From: Chloropicon primus
Taxonomy: Eukaryota
Length of the DNA: 64,000 bases
Direction: 5' to 3'
NCBI GenBank assembly: GCA_023205875.1
Contig: CP060764.1
Span: 124,001-188,000, forward strand
The notes beneath the pieces were generated by a model that saw only the letters and a list, made by a program, of their open reading frames with translations, was not told the DNA's origin and did not search any database. Position numbers and translations under genes: made by a program. Positions 1 through 11,507 of this stretch are shown here, piece after piece; position 1 is the first letter of the stretch, and the number at the start of each line of letters is the position of its first letter.

Positions 1-1225
1 CAGAATTCAAACAGCGAATCGTATTGCTCGACCATGTTCGGGGGAGCTGTCATGAACACGTGCATCGGCGTGTACGCTCCGTGTATGATGCCCCTCGGAA
101 ACACCGGGTAGACTCGCGGCTGGCTTTCGTCCTCGTCGCTGGTGCTCCCGCCGTTCCCGTTCCCGTTCCCGTTCCCGTTCCCGTTCCCGTTGCTGCTTGT
201 GAGCAAAACTCTGCCCCCGTGAGGTCCTTTCTCGGACCACGCTGCGCCCACGGCCAGGCCCTGAGCAAGGCAGACCAGGAGCGTGGCCAACGTCCAAAGC
301 TGCTTCGCCTTCATAGCACTCGGACTGGACCAGTATAATCAATATTGGTGCGTATGTATGTTATGTGTCGTTGAGAGGAAGAGGACGCTGCTTCCCCCCC
401 AAAACGAAAAAGGCGACACTGAAGAAGCCTCCCTCCCTCGCCTCACTTCACTTCGGTGCTGCGCCACGACTTCGTCTTCATGTTCTCTTGCTGAGACCGT
501 GAGCCTGGGTCCCGAACCAGCATTAAACGGACACCAACGCTGACCCGTCCTCGTTTGGACGCCTTTAGGAGTCCGGACTCGACTGGAGGCTTCCCCAAGT
601 CATCCGCGGGACCGAGGTCTCTCGTCTCGACCGCCTTTCCTGTCGCAGGCACTCAGGGGGGGGGACCAAAGCAACACTCTTGTCTGTGGTGGCAAGTATT
701 CAAACTTCCGGACTGGTTGTCCTTGTCCGAGGAAACCTTCACCTTTCTGCGCAAGACGATGTCAGACAATTCAAAAGATCATGCAACGCGACGAGGGACC
801 ATGTTCGGGTTCCAAAGATACCACCTTTGATCCTCCAGGGGGAAAACTTTCTCAAACAAGATGCCACCTTTGGGGGCAGCTCCTCTCCTCCTCTCTCCTC
901 CTTCAGCTTTAGCTTTCTGTCTCCACAGCTTTCCGTCTCCACACGCGCCCCACGGTCTCCACACATATCTAACGACACCGAAAGAACTCCAGAGTTGAAT
1001 TGACTGTTTAGTGTTTGATTCGAGACGTTCCCCTGACGTTCAGCCGCCAGGAAGCGCCGGAGAAGAGGGGAACCGAAGCAGAAGAAACACAGAAACAGAT
1101 CGATCCTTGTCGACGAAGACGAGTCCTTCCTTCCTTGCTTGGTTTTATATTTTTGGTTCACCCTTGAGCTTGAGCTTGAGCTTCATACTCATAACCTAAT
1201 CCCATACTGCTTTCATCTCATCATC

Positions 1226-1681
1226 ATGTCGAACACGGAGAGGACTTACATCATGATCAAGCCTGACGGCGTCCAGCGCGGACTCATCGGTACGATTATC
1301 CAGAGGTTCGAGCAGAGGGGTTTCATCCTCAGAGGGTTGAAGATGATGAGCGTGGAGAAGTCTCACGCCGAGGCTCATTACGCTGACTTGTCCTCCAAGC
1401 CATTCTTCGGCGGACTCGTCGAGTACATCTGCTCCGCTCCCGTGTGCGCCATGTGCTGGGAGGGAAAGGACGTCGTGAAGACCGGAAGGAAGATCATCGG
1501 CGCCACCAACCCGCTCGCCTCTGAGCCTGGTACCATCCGTGGCGACTTCTGCATCGATGTCGGCCGCAACATCATTCACGGAAGTGACGCCGTCGAGAGC
1601 GCCCAGAAGGAGCTCGCCTTGTGGTTCCCTGATGGAGTCTGCGAGTACGAGCACGCCATGAAGCCATGGATCTACGAGTAA
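1226..1681 (+). CDS. NDPK1: Nucleoside diphosphate kinase (cytosolic, group I)
   Basis: [20 protein letters not shown]...GRNIIHGSD with the catalytic His. ATG at 1226, intronless. Confidence 0.97.
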   Translation: MSNTERTYIMIKPDGVQRGLIGTIIQRFEQRGFILRGLKMMSVEKSHAEAHYADLSSKPFFGGLVEYICSAPVCAMCWEGKDVVKTGRKIIGATNPLASEPGTIRGDFCIDVGRNIIHGSDAVESAQKELALWFPDGVCEYEHAMKPWIYE

Positions 1682-1881
1682 GTTAACGACAACAACGGCG
1701 GATCCACTCGACCGAGGAAGGGGGGGAGGAGGTGGTTCGTGCGGTTCGTTGCACGTGGACTACAATTCAAGCTTCTTTGAATCTATTTTTGATTTTGTCG
1801 TGAGCACACTTTGGTTTTGGTTTCTTCCTCTCCTCCCTCACCACCCTTTCTCTCTCTCTCTCTCTCTCTGTGCTGCTGCTG

Positions 1882-3291
1882 CTAGTCGGCGGTCCCGAAA
1901 AGTGCGGTGGAGGAGGACTCGAGTTCAAGGTTGGTCCACTCGTGGTACAGGGCCTCGAGGCGCTCCTGCCTCCTCTCGTATTCCTCCCTCGCCCTCTCCT
2001 GCTTGGATCCCCCCTGCACCACTTTTGTTGTGGGGAGCCTGACGTTCGGAATGTTGCTCCTCCGCAAAGCAGAGACTTTCGGGGACCTCTTGGGCTTGCT
2101 CCTTGCCTTCGCTTCCCCTTCCGATGGCGGGATCATCGCCCCCCTGCCCCCCAGTCGAGACGTTCGACCCGCATCAGTCGTACCACCACTCTCCTTCTGG
2201 ATCCCGCTCGCGTCGTGGCTCCTCTGGTTCTCCTTCTGGGCTTCGTTGGATTCCACGATCAGCATCTCCTCCAGCACGTTCCTCGTCAGCGCCTTCAAGG
2301 AAGACGCGAGCTCGTGCTTTGTGATCTTGCTCGTATCCGTCTCCCCCACGCTCGCGCGCCTCTTCTCCTGCACCTTTGGTCCGGCTTCATGTGCCGCCGT
2401 CGTCGCCTTCCGTTGGGACGCACCACTCTTCGCCCTCCTCGCCGTCGCGGAGGAAGTCTTCCCCACTTTCAGGATGACCTTCTCCAGTTTTGTCGCCACC
2501 TTGCCCTCCAAGACCTTGAGCCTTTCCCTGTATTCTTCGCTAAGCCTGGACTCGATCATCCGAAGCCTCTCCTCCCACCGCCTGTTCAGGGCTTTCAGCT
2601 GCTTCTCGTGCCGCTTCTGCATTCTCGACTCGAGCTCCTCCATGGAATCTCTCACGAGCTGAGCCACCGCTTCGGCGCCCATGGCCTTCTCCCTCTGCTC
2701 CACTTCTCCCTCTCCCTCTTCCTCTTCCGCCACCGGGGAGGCTTGGATGGCCTGCTCCACCGTGCAGTTGTTGCAAGACACGACGTCGTCGCTCTCGGTG
2801 CTCGACGCCGCGCTCTTCGATTCCATGGTTCTCAGCCGCTCCTCCACATCCTCCAAGCTCTTGTCAAGCGTCTGCTTCAGCAGGCCTTCCTGCTCCTCGG
2901 CGAACTCCTGCGTCGTCTTCACGAGGTTTGCTAACGTCACCAGCTTCTTCTCATTCTCCCGAATCCGCTTCTCCTGCAAGTCCAACGTCTTGTCAAGCCT
3001 GGTCTTCGTCTCCTCCTCCTCCTTCAGCTTTGTCTCCAGCTCCGTCTCCCTCTGCTTGGCCTCGTGCAACGCGAGCCTCTCCTTCAGTTTCAGCCTGTGC
3101 TCCGCGTCCGCCTCCTTCCTCTTCCTCTCCACCTCTGTCTTGAACACCTCCGTCTCAAGGAATCGGATGTACTCGTCCTCGTCCGCCTGGCTCCTGGACT
3201 TCACGCTGCTGCTGCTCGTGCAGCAGCTCTCCTGGCTTCGCTTCAGCATGCTCGAGTAGCTGCTCGAGTCAGAGTACGAAGAGTCCTTCAT
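1882..3291 (-). CDS. Coiled-coil protein of unknown function
   Basis: Long ORF (open to 3393, first ATG 3291) with E/K/L heptad-rich sequence and coding-like codon bias. No recognisable domain. Confidence 0.65.
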   Translation of the reverse strand: MKDSSYSDSSSYSSMLKRSQESCCTSSSSVKSRSQADEDEYIRFLETEVFKTEVERKRKEADAEHRLKLKERLALHEAKQRETELETKLKEEEETKTRLDKTLDLQEKRIRENEKKLVTLANLVKTTQEFAEEQEGLLKQTLDKSLEDVEERLRTMESKSAASSTESDDVVSCNNCTVEQAIQASPVAEEEEGEGEVEQREKAMGAEAVAQLVRDSMEELESRMQKRHEKQLKALNRRWEERLRMIESRLSEEYRERLKVLEGKVATKLEKVILKVGKTSSATARRAKSGASQRKATTAAHEAGPKVQEKRRASVGETDTSKITKHELASSLKALTRNVLEEMLIVESNEAQKENQRSHDASGIQKESGGTTDAGRTSRLGGRGAMIPPSEGEAKARSKPKRSPKVSALRRSNIPNVRLPTTKVVQGGSKQERAREEYERRQERLEALYHEWTNLELESSSTALFGTAD

Positions 3292-3693
3292 GACGCCGTT
3301 GTCGTCCAAGATCCAAAGGCAAACTTGGTCAAGGACAGCAACAACACGCAAGATGCCAGTGCCAAGGCCCCCAAAGAATAATGACAATAACAATGAGGGG
3401 ATCCAATCAATCTAACCACAATCGATAAGTCGATCAGCTCGCTCCTTCCTCTGCCCCGAGGTTAAAGGCACGGGGGTGTGGAAAGGGGGCAAGTGTGCGT
3501 GGGCCGCCTGGCGAGTTTTCCAACAAAAGTGATCAATGCCGGTGCCAAGGGGCTTCCGTGGCGGGACGTGAAATCGATCCAATCGATCCAATCGATCCAA
3601 GAGAGCGCCTTGGGCTGTCCTCTCCGTCCTTTTGGGTTTGATCTGGATGGCGCGAAAGTCTCTGTCTCTGTCTCTCTCCCCCATGGAGACCTT

Positions 3694-3765
3694 TGATCAA
3701 CATTCAAATTCGCAAATTTCTCGCGTGATCAACATTCAAATTCGCAAATTTCTCGCGTTGATCAA
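3694..3765. repeat. 32-bp perfect tandem duplication in a divergent promoter
   Basis: tgatcaacattcaaattcgcaaatttctcgcg at 3694-3725 and 3726-3757, followed by a partial third copy (tgatcaa). Confidence 0.9.
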
Positions 3766-4075
3766 ATTTTTGGTTTGCCCGTTGACCTCAAGGATGGGTG
3801 TGTAGGATGGAAGAAGTACAAGGGAGAGGAGGGACGGATTGAAGGACCACCGAGAACCGAGCGGGGAGTGATCAGGGTGACCTCAGCGTGATCAGACGAC
3901 CTCAGGACAAGGGTAGCCAACGGGAGGAACCCTACCTTGACTGCTGGTGGAAGCCAAGAGGAAAGAGGACACAATACGATACCAGGAGTGTTCGGCCTTG
4001 GCGGTCTTGAGTAGAGTAGAGTAGGAACGTTGCGACAGGGCTTGACGGTGCTCAAGGACGCGTAGAGAAGGAACC

Positions 4076-5758
4076 ATGATGAAACCCGTAAGTGCGAGAC
4101 GAGTTTGGGGGAGTCACTCTTCCGTGGTGGTGGCGAAGGGGACGTAGAGCCCCTGCAGACCCTTTCGAAGAAGTCTCCTTTGCTGGCAGGTCACCGTTTG
4201 GTCTTTCTAACAAGCTCGTTCAAAAACTTTTTTTCTCCCCCTCGTCGGTGCGCTTGCCCCTCGCGTGTGTGTTTGTTTGCTTGCAAAATGGTGGCGCCCC
4301 CCGCAGAAGCACTACATCCCTCCTGATGCGCGCATCATCAAGCTGCGTAATTATGAGGACAACCTCAAGAATATGCAGGACATCGTCAAGTACAACGAGA
4401 AGAGAGGGGAGCTTGCCTTGTGGGAGCAGAAGACGGACGCGAACATAAAGAAGAACGAAGTTCGCAAGCGCTATGAGGCGATCATGGCGAGGGCCGAGCA
4501 CGAGCTCGAGGACAGGAGGCTGAGGCTGAGGTCGCTCCTCCAGCTCGAGCAGGCTTCCCTGCAGCAGGAGCTCGAGTCTCAGAGGGTCAACCCCGCGGAG
4601 TACAGAAAGATGAGAGCCGAGAAGGCGAGAAAGCTGGCTCAGGCCCGGGAGATGGAGAGGCAGCAGCTCGCCAGCGAGCTCATCATGAAGCAGTGGAAGG
4701 AAGGCTGCGATCCTTTGAGGCACCTCGAGTCGAAGCAGCTCCTCATGAACGTGGTGAAGGTTCAGAAGCAGCAGCTGCTTGACAAGGGCAAGAAGGAGAA
4801 GGAGGAGCAAGAGAAGGACGCGATCTTCGACCTGTATTCCGAGCAGGCTAGGGCGAAGCAGGAGCAGAAGGAGAAGGAGGACCAGGCGCTGAGGCTGAAG
4901 ATGGACGAGGAGGCCAAGCTCATTCTCGACCAGCAGGTGAAGGAAAGGACCAAGCAGAGGGAGTACGTCGAGGAGGTACGTCAGATGGAGATTGCGGACC
5001 TCAAGTCCAAGTGGGCCGACGAGGCCGAGCAGCAGAAGAAGCAGGACCTCATCCAGCACCACAAGAACCAGGCCCTTGGCGAGGAGCTCCGGGCCTTCAA
5101 CACCATGAAGCAGAACGAGGCCAAGATCTTGCTGGAGAAGGAGAGGGAGGAGGACAGGAGGATTGTGCAGGAGGCCATCGCCAAGGCCAAGGAGGATGAG
5201 CAGAAGGAGAAGGAGATCTCCGAGAGGCAGAGGGACGATGCCAGAAAGTACAGGGAGCACCTCAAGATCCAGATGCAGAAGGAGCATGAGGACGAGACGG
5301 AGAGGGACATTCTCATCGCTCAGGCGGAGAAGGAGCAGTGGGCGAAGATCGAGGCTGTCAGGAAGGCCCAGGAGGACGCCAGGAACAAGCTCATGGAGGA
5401 AGTCATCGAGAGCAGGAACCAGCAGATCGCGAAGAAGAGGAACGACAAGATGATGGAGCTCCACGACAGAGAGAAGGACCGAGTGAGAATTCTCGACGAG
5501 CTCCAGACTTTGGACGAAATCGAGAAGGAGTCTCTCGCCAGGGTGAAGGCCGAGAGGAAGCAGCACCAGCTCGACATCCAAGCCCAGATCGTAGCAAAGG
5601 AGGTCCACAGGGACCAGACGCGAAAATTCGAGGAGTTGGAGCACGAGCTTGCCCTCGAATCGGAGAGGAAGTACAAGTCCATCATAGACAACCTCCTGCA
5701 AAACCAAGGGGAGCCAAACACCTACTTTGGGAGAAAGACTTCCAAGTGGTACACATGA
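4076..5758 (+). CDS. CFAP53: Cilia- and flagella-associated protein 53-like (trichohyalin-plectin-homology coiled coil); exons 4076-4087, 4307-5758
   Basis: ATG ATG AAA CCC|gtaagt...ccgcag|AAG joins in frame. PDARIIKLR N-terminus, 'QWKEGCDPLR' motif, long coiled coil, C-terminal FGRKTSKWYT. Confidence 0.75.
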
Positions 5759-5957
5759 GCGCTTGCCGGCAGGGAGAAAAAACTGCTGGATGATGACCAC
5801 GCTAATTCTAGTCCTGTAATATCAATCAAAACAATCCACATATAATTACTTTAAGAAGCCCCGAATTGGGTCGTCTCAAAAACAAGCAACCTTCTCTCGT
5901 GCTCCGCTCCCAGTGAGGAAGGATCGCAAAAACCACCAGCACCACCACCACGCTCAC

Positions 5958-7024
5958 TCACGTGTGCACCCAGTCGACCTTGACGTTCTTGCGTCCCTTC
6001 AGGTACTTGTCGATGGCCATGGCCGCGATGCACCCGTCGGCCGCCGCGACGACGACCTGCTTGTACGGCGTGTTCCGGATGTCACCGATAGCGTAGACTC
6101 CCGGCTGGTTGGTGGCCATCTCCTCGTTGACCTTGATGCCGCTCTCGTGGTTCCCCTCCTTGTTGAACTCGAGGCCAGACGCTTGGCAGAAGTCCGTGAT
6201 GGGCAACTGCCCGGCCACATACACGAACACTCCCGTCACTGCCAGCTGCTCTGGCTCTTCCACGTCCCTCTGCTTAAAAACGACGCCGGTCACCCCGCTG
6301 TCGTCCCCATCAATGCTCAGCAAGCGGCTGCTCTTCCAGTGCTTCACGTTGTCGCACGCCAACAGGTCATCCGCGAAGGGCACGCCGGTAGGATCCTTCC
6401 CGGTGATCCAGTGGACCGTGCCCGCAAACTTGGTCAGGAACTGGGCCTCCTCCACGGCCTCTTGCGTCACCCCCACCACCGCGACCTCGGCACCTCGGTA
6501 GAAGGCGCCGTCGCAGGTCGCGCAGTAGCTCACGCCCCGGCCGAGGTAGGTGTCCTCCCCCTTGAACGAGGCCTTGCGCCCCATCGCCCCCGACGCCAGC
6601 ACGAGGGCCCGGGCCTTGAACGTGACATCCGGGGTGTACACGTACTTGTACTCGCCCTGGCTGTCCACGAGGAACACCTGCGCCCTCCGGTAGTCCGTGC
6701 CGTAGTCCACGGCCTGCTTCACCATCTCGTCCAGGAGCTGCTGCCCGGGCATCGTCTTGTCCACTCCCGGGTAGTTCGCGATGGTCGAAGTGATGGCCAG
6801 AGCACCCGTCGTGTTGTTCTTGTCCAGGACTATGGTCTTGAGGTCTGCCCTCGACGTGTAGAGCGCGCAAGTGCACCCCGCAGGTCCTCCCCCCACAATG
6901 CACACGTCGCACTCCACCTCCTCCGGCTTGGACACAGCCACCGGCCCGATCCTCCTCCCCGCTGCCAACGCCACAACGCCAAAACCACCACGACGAAGCC
7001 ATCCCGCGACGATGCCGCCACCAA

Positions 7025-7056
<32 letters not shown>

Positions 7057-7244
7057 ACCGATATGCCGAAGACGCGTGACGCGTGGCGGATTGGCACTCC
7101 CTCTCTTCGGGCCGAGTGCACTCCTCTCCCCAGTCGTCGTCGTCGAGTCGTCGTCATCGTCATGGTGGTGGTGGTGGTGGTGGTGGTGGAAGAAGCATTC
7201 CAACAGGTTGAGCCACCCCACTGCCTCTGCATCCCTCCCCTCAT
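5958..7244 (-). CDS. Flavin thioredoxin reductase, likely ferredoxin-dependent (FFTR/DTR type), with plastid transit peptide
   Basis: GGGPAG FAD motif, GVSYCATCDG redox CxxC, YAIGD. NADPH motifs are degenerate. C-terminal VDWVHT tail. Start codon uncertain. Confidence 0.85.
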
Positions 7245-7321
7245 CTCGCCTCCCCTTCCGTAAAACAAACCACACCGGGACAAGCCAATGCCAAACCCAA
7301 GGGTCCTCCTCCTCCTCCTTC

Positions 7322-7512
7322 GCAATGCAATGCAATGCAATGCAATTCAATTCAATCAAACAAGGTCAATCCAACCAAACAACCAAATGCGATGCGATGC
7401 GATGCAGATGAGTGGAGTGGAGTGGAGTGGAGTGGAGTGGAGTTGCCGGTTCCGGTTCCGGTTCCGGTGCTTGTGCTGGTGACGCTCCTCTCTCTCTCTC
7501 TCTCTCTCTCTC
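7322..7512. repeat. Compound microsatellite cluster (GCAAT, GATGC, GGAGT, GGTTCC, CT)
   Basis: Successive short tandem arrays read directly in the intergenic sequence. Confidence 0.9.
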
Positions 7513-7991
7513 TCAAGAGGATAGAATCAGAATCTCTAGAGCTGTTTTCAGCCGCTAGTTTTGTATCGTCTAAAGGGTGTACCAACCTGACGGAGTGTAC
7601 ACTCATTGTGAGACACGAGAGAAGTTGAGTTGTGGATAGAACGCCGATACCTTTGGGACGAGGGGGAGTGTTCGACGCGAGGAGGAGGTTGCTTGGGACG
7701 ATAGTGGGGTCTAACGAGAACGCTGAGAGATTTATCGAGTCGAGATCTTTCCGTCGACACCTCGCTTGTTGGATTTGGTGAAGGATTGACGACGGGAGGT
7801 GAGGTGAGGTGAGGTGAGGTGTGGTGAGGTTCCAGAACAGAAGGGTGTCCTGGGCTGGGAGTTGGTGGGTGAGGTTCTGGGTTCGCGCGAGGGAGGGACG
7901 AGAGCGGCGAGGGAGGCATCGGAGAGTGAGAGAGCGTCGTCTCGAGAGCGTTCCGTCGACCCCAGCGACCACCCGTCGGGCGGAGAGCAAC

Positions 7992-8789
7992 ATGAGAGAG
8001 GGGTTGGTCGGATTAGCGAGGAGGCCTGGGAGGTCTGCGTGGGTGAAGGGGGACGGCGGAGGCGTCGCTGGAGTGGCGAGGAGGGGGGAAGGCTTGCGAG
8101 GGAGGAGGGCGAGGGGCGCGGAGGTTCGGGAGTGGGGCGTGGCTTGCAGGTTTGGGGCGAGGGCCGTGCCTCGGGAGGGCACCTCGGGGGGGTTGAGCTT
8201 TGGGGGAGGGGAAGACGACGACAAGGTGGCTTCCGGGGGCGGGGCTCAAGAGGGGAGGCTTCCGCTGTACACGAGCTTTTCTGACGCCCTGGAGCCGTGG
8301 CAGCTCTTGCTCTTGGAGGAGGCGTACTCCACCTCGAGCAGGCGGAAAGTCTCGGTGACGGGCCTATCCGAGGAGTGCAAGCTGAGCAGGACGCAGGTGC
8401 TTGGGTGGCTCAAGTCCCGGTCGACGATGAGCGACGACCAGGTGTCGACCATCCGCGCCACTTGCCTGGCGGCCATCGAGAGGGAGGAGAGGCTCGAGGA
8501 GACTTACAAGAAGAAAAAAGCGAAGAAGGCGTTCGCGGACCTCAGCCTTGAGGAGCGCAAGCAGGCCAGGGTCAAGGAGCAAAAGATGAGCCCGCTCGCT
8601 GTCAAGACCCTCCTCAAGTTCTGGGGCAGGAACAAGAACCCCAGCTGGCAGAACATCAACGACATCGCGAGGATGACGAAGCTGAGTCCTGCTGTCGTCA
8701 GGGGCTGGTTCAACGACAGGAAGGAGACCTCCTCCTCGCACTCCAGGTCCGCTGGCAGCAGGAGGAGAAGGAAAAGGACCAAGATCTGA
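7992..8789 (+). CDS. Homeodomain-like protein (two degenerate homeodomains, possibly OCP3-like, plastid-targeted)
   Basis: 'LLEEAY...LSRTQVLGWLK' and 'NKNPS...IARMTKLSPAVVRGWFNDRK' resemble homeodomain helices. R-rich N-terminus. Confidence 0.6.
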   Translation: MREGLVGLARRPGRSAWVKGDGGGVAGVARRGEGLRGRRARGAEVREWGVACRFGARAVPREGTSGGLSFGGGEDDDKVASGGGAQEGRLPLYTSFSDALEPWQLLLLEEAYSTSSRRKVSVTGLSEECKLSRTQVLGWLKSRSTMSDDQVSTIRATCLAAIEREERLEETYKKKKAKKAFADLSLEERKQARVKEQKMSPLAVKTLLKFWGRNKNPSWQNINDIARMTKLSPAVVRGWFNDRKETSSSHSRSAGSRRRRKRTKI

Positions 8790-9141
8790 CGCGGATCCCA
8801 GCGCCAGGGTCCACACACACACACACACACCAAAGCAAAACATTTTGTTTCCAATATCATATTTATGTATAAGAGAATCACACTCACACAAACTTCTTCT
8901 TCTTCGCCACCATCCGTGTTGCTTTTCGTGCCGCTGGCCACGACAAGAGGCAGGGAAGGGCGAGAAGGGATCATCGATCAAACCCTTCCTCCTCCTCCTC
9001 CTCCTCCTTCCTCCATGGAATGGACTCTCTCTCCTCCTCCTCCCAATCTCCCCTCCCTTATCCGTCCTCGTCATCTGTGGCTGTCAATGGCTCAGCAGCA
9101 GAGCAGTGTCGAGCAGAGTCGAGCAGAGTCGCGCGCGCGCG

Positions 9142-9828
9142 ATGCAAGGGTCGAGGAGCGTGTTGGTGAGGCGGAAGGGAGGGTTGTGGGGTCGGACGAC
9201 GACCCTCTCGAGGGTCACGAACGCCGTCGGCCGTCGACCCGAGTCCCTGGCGAGGAGGGACTCGAGCATCGCCAGGGCGGCGAGGGACTATCCCAGCGAC
9301 GGGGGCTCGGAGGACTACCTTTCGGATGGTGGTGCTGGTGATGCGGGGAGGGAGGAGCTCATCCGCAAGCTGAACGCCTCGCTCGACTGCGGGCCGGAGC
9401 CCATGAGCGGCGAAGAGCTCAAGGGTTTGATCATGGAGCGGTACGGCCGGCTTTACGATACGCGGATCTGCAAGCGACGTGATGGCCTCGGAAAGATGAG
9501 GCTGTACCTCCAAGTGATGTGGAAGTACCTGGGCCAGCGGTCCTTTCCCATGACGGAGGAGAGGTACGACGAGCAGCTCGGCGCTGTGGCGGAGCTCATA
9601 AGCGAGTGGGGCTGCGCGGACCAAATCAGGAAGGAGATCATCGAATGTGAAAAGAACCCAATCCTCGACACGGTAAGTTTGTGGAAGAATCCTTTGTCTT
9701 CTCGACGATTTCCTCGAGGCTGACTTTCGCCGATTGTCCGCTCCCTTTCGCACGCTTCGAAGACTGGGGCAAACGCCGTTATGATTGCCTTGGACGTTCA
9801 GGACGGGATGATGGACGAGTTCTTCTGA
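9142..9828 (+). CDS. DUF3067 family plastid protein (LPA3-like); intron 9673-9762
   Basis: RYGRLYD...LQVMWKYLGQRSFPMTEE.Y..QL..VA..I.EWG motif. The spliced frame ends MMDEFF*. Confidence 0.8.
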
Positions 9829-9866
9829 TAAGAAGGGGGGTTAGGGGTCAGAATAATTTTGTAACT

Positions 9867-11507
9867 TTATCTGTGTTTTTTTTGGCGTGCTGCTCCCCCC
9901 TCCCCTCCAGCCGTCTTCGTCCACGCGTCCAAGAACGGCTTTGGAAGCAGCAGGTGGGGCCTCGTCCTCAAGAGGAACACGATCAGTTCCGCAAAAGCCG
10001 AGTTGGCCCAAGCGAACCACTGCCTCGTGAAAACGCTTGGGTCTTCCTTCCAGAAGCTCTCGTGCATGCAATTCGTCCCGGCCGCCGATCGCTTGAGCAC
10101 ATCAAGACCTGCCAAGATCCCCTCGTCCGATTTTTCAGGACCGAAAAGGTCATAAATAACTCCCAAGGGCCAGATCATTCCATAGCCGACGTGCGGGCTC
10201 CCCACGCCCCTTAGCCCACTGCTTCCCTCAAAATAGTACGGGTTTGTGTCCTTGCTGAGCACGACCTTCTTGGTGCGCAGGAAGACCTCTTCGTCCCCCG
10301 CCGCCGAAGGAACGCTTTCGAGGTACGGCAGCGACAGCAAACTGGGCGCGTTGGCATCGTCCATGATCACCCGCGAACCGTATCCGTCGACCTCGTACGC
10401 CAATATCGTTTCCGACGCGTTCAATGGGCTGGGAACGAGGGCGTGCTTCAAGCCCTCCGCCACCTGGATCGCCAGCTCCACCGCGAGGGCTGCAAGGGTC
10501 TTTCCCCGGCCCAAATGCGCCAGTGTCCCGTTCAAGTCGCGGAGCTCTTTCTGTAGCCACATGTTGCTCGGCACGTGGAAAGGGTGTTGGCAAGGATCGT
10601 CCGAGGGCCTGAAACCGCTCTTCGCCATCCTCGTCCTCCTGCCCGGATTGCCCGTTCCGTTGTAGCTGAGATCTCCCTCACTTCTCCAGAACTGGTAGGC
10701 CGGAGAAACGCCTTCGTCCCCCGTCGACCGCTGTTGGACCTGGACCGTTTGCAGCACCGCCTCGATCGCTTTGAGCCAACCCTCGTCAAAGCACTTGGCG
10801 GAGCAGTGGGGTTGCACACAGGGGGGAAAGGAAAGCGGTGTCAGATCCAGGAGAGCCTCTGGGGTCAGGGAGTTCCCGTCCGCGCTTCTTACCTCGCGGT
10901 CCTCCGTCGCGCCATAGTACTCGTTGCTCAGGTGAAGGAAGCTCACGAGCGTGTCGAGCTCGTACTTTCCCTCGTACAGGTGTTTTGTCATCTTCGGCCT
11001 CCGCCTGTCGCCCTGGTGGGGTCCACCCGGACCCTTCCCATCGAAGTTAAACGCGTTCGCATATTGGTCCAACAGCACCGATCTCGCTTGCCTCCTCACG
11101 AGGCCGCAGAGGGCATCCGACAAGGGAGTACGTGCGTTCCTGCGAAGGAAATACCTCGCGTACGGCCTCACTTGGAACGTGGAGTCCCTGATCCACATGG
11201 CCTTGATGTCCCCAGTAATCACAAACGTGTCATCCCTCCCGTCCACATGCTCGAACGTCGTATCGAGGGCGTTGGCCAGCGTTACGTTGAAGATCGAGGC
11301 CAGCTCTCTGTCCTTCAAGCGAGGCACCCAAACATCTAAGAACTCGTCCACTTCCTTGGAAGCAAACTTCCGAAGGCGAGGCTCCGGCCTCGTCCCGTTG
11401 CACTCGAAGCCTTCCACCCCGTGAAAGGAGCAAGGAGAACTCAGCAGAAGCGCCACCACCATAACCATCAACATCATCCCAGGCGAAAGGGCCAACGTCA
11501 TCTTCAT
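9867..11507 (-). CDS. Glycoside hydrolase family 125 (exo-alpha-1,6-mannosidase-like), secreted; probable in-frame intron near 10793-10892
   Basis: FVITGDIKAMWIRDS, KYELD, FRPSDD, MDDANAPSLLSLPY, GSPH, MHESF, FTRQWFAWAN motifs. N-terminal signal peptide. Confidence 0.92.
   Translation of the reverse strand: MKMTLALSPGMMLMVMVVALLLSSPCSFHGVEGFECNGTRPEPRLRKFASKEVDEFLDVWVPRLKDRELASIFNVTLANALDTTFEHVDGRDDTFVITGDIKAMWIRDSTFQVRPYARYFLRRNARTPLSDALCGLVRRQARSVLLDQYANAFNFDGKGPGGPHQGDRRRPKMTKHLYEGKYELDTLVSFLHLSNEYYGATEDREVRSADGNSLTPEALLDLTPLSFPPCVQPHCSAKCFDEGWLKAIEAVLQTVQVQQRSTGDEGVSPAYQFWRSEGDLSYNGTGNPGRRTRMAKSGFRPSDDPCQHPFHVPSNMWLQKELRDLNGTLAHLGRGKTLAALAVELAIQVAEGLKHALVPSPLNASETILAYEVDGYGSRVIMDDANAPSLLSLPYLESVPSAAGDEEVFLRTKKVVLSKDTNPYYFEGSSGLRGVGSPHVGYGMIWPLGVIYDLFGPEKSDEGILAGLDVLKRSAAGTNCMHESFWKEDPSVFTRQWFAWANSAFAELIVFLLRTRPHLLLPKPFLDAWTKTAGGEGGAARQKKHR

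Noticed and set aside
1..1200. Short ORFs and a (CCCGTT)n repeat at the window start
   Set aside because: No recognisable protein. It may be the spliced 3' end of an upstream gene, but I could not fix a frame.
3694..3765. Possible CRISPR-like 32-bp repeats
   Set aside because: The copies are directly adjacent with no spacers, and the context is eukaryotic with no cas genes.
4220..5800. Long antisense ORFs (this one; also 13928-15190, 23720-25105, 43484-45322, 54456-55874)
   Set aside because: These are shadow ORFs opposite or overlapping well-supported genes, caused by GC-rich codon bias.
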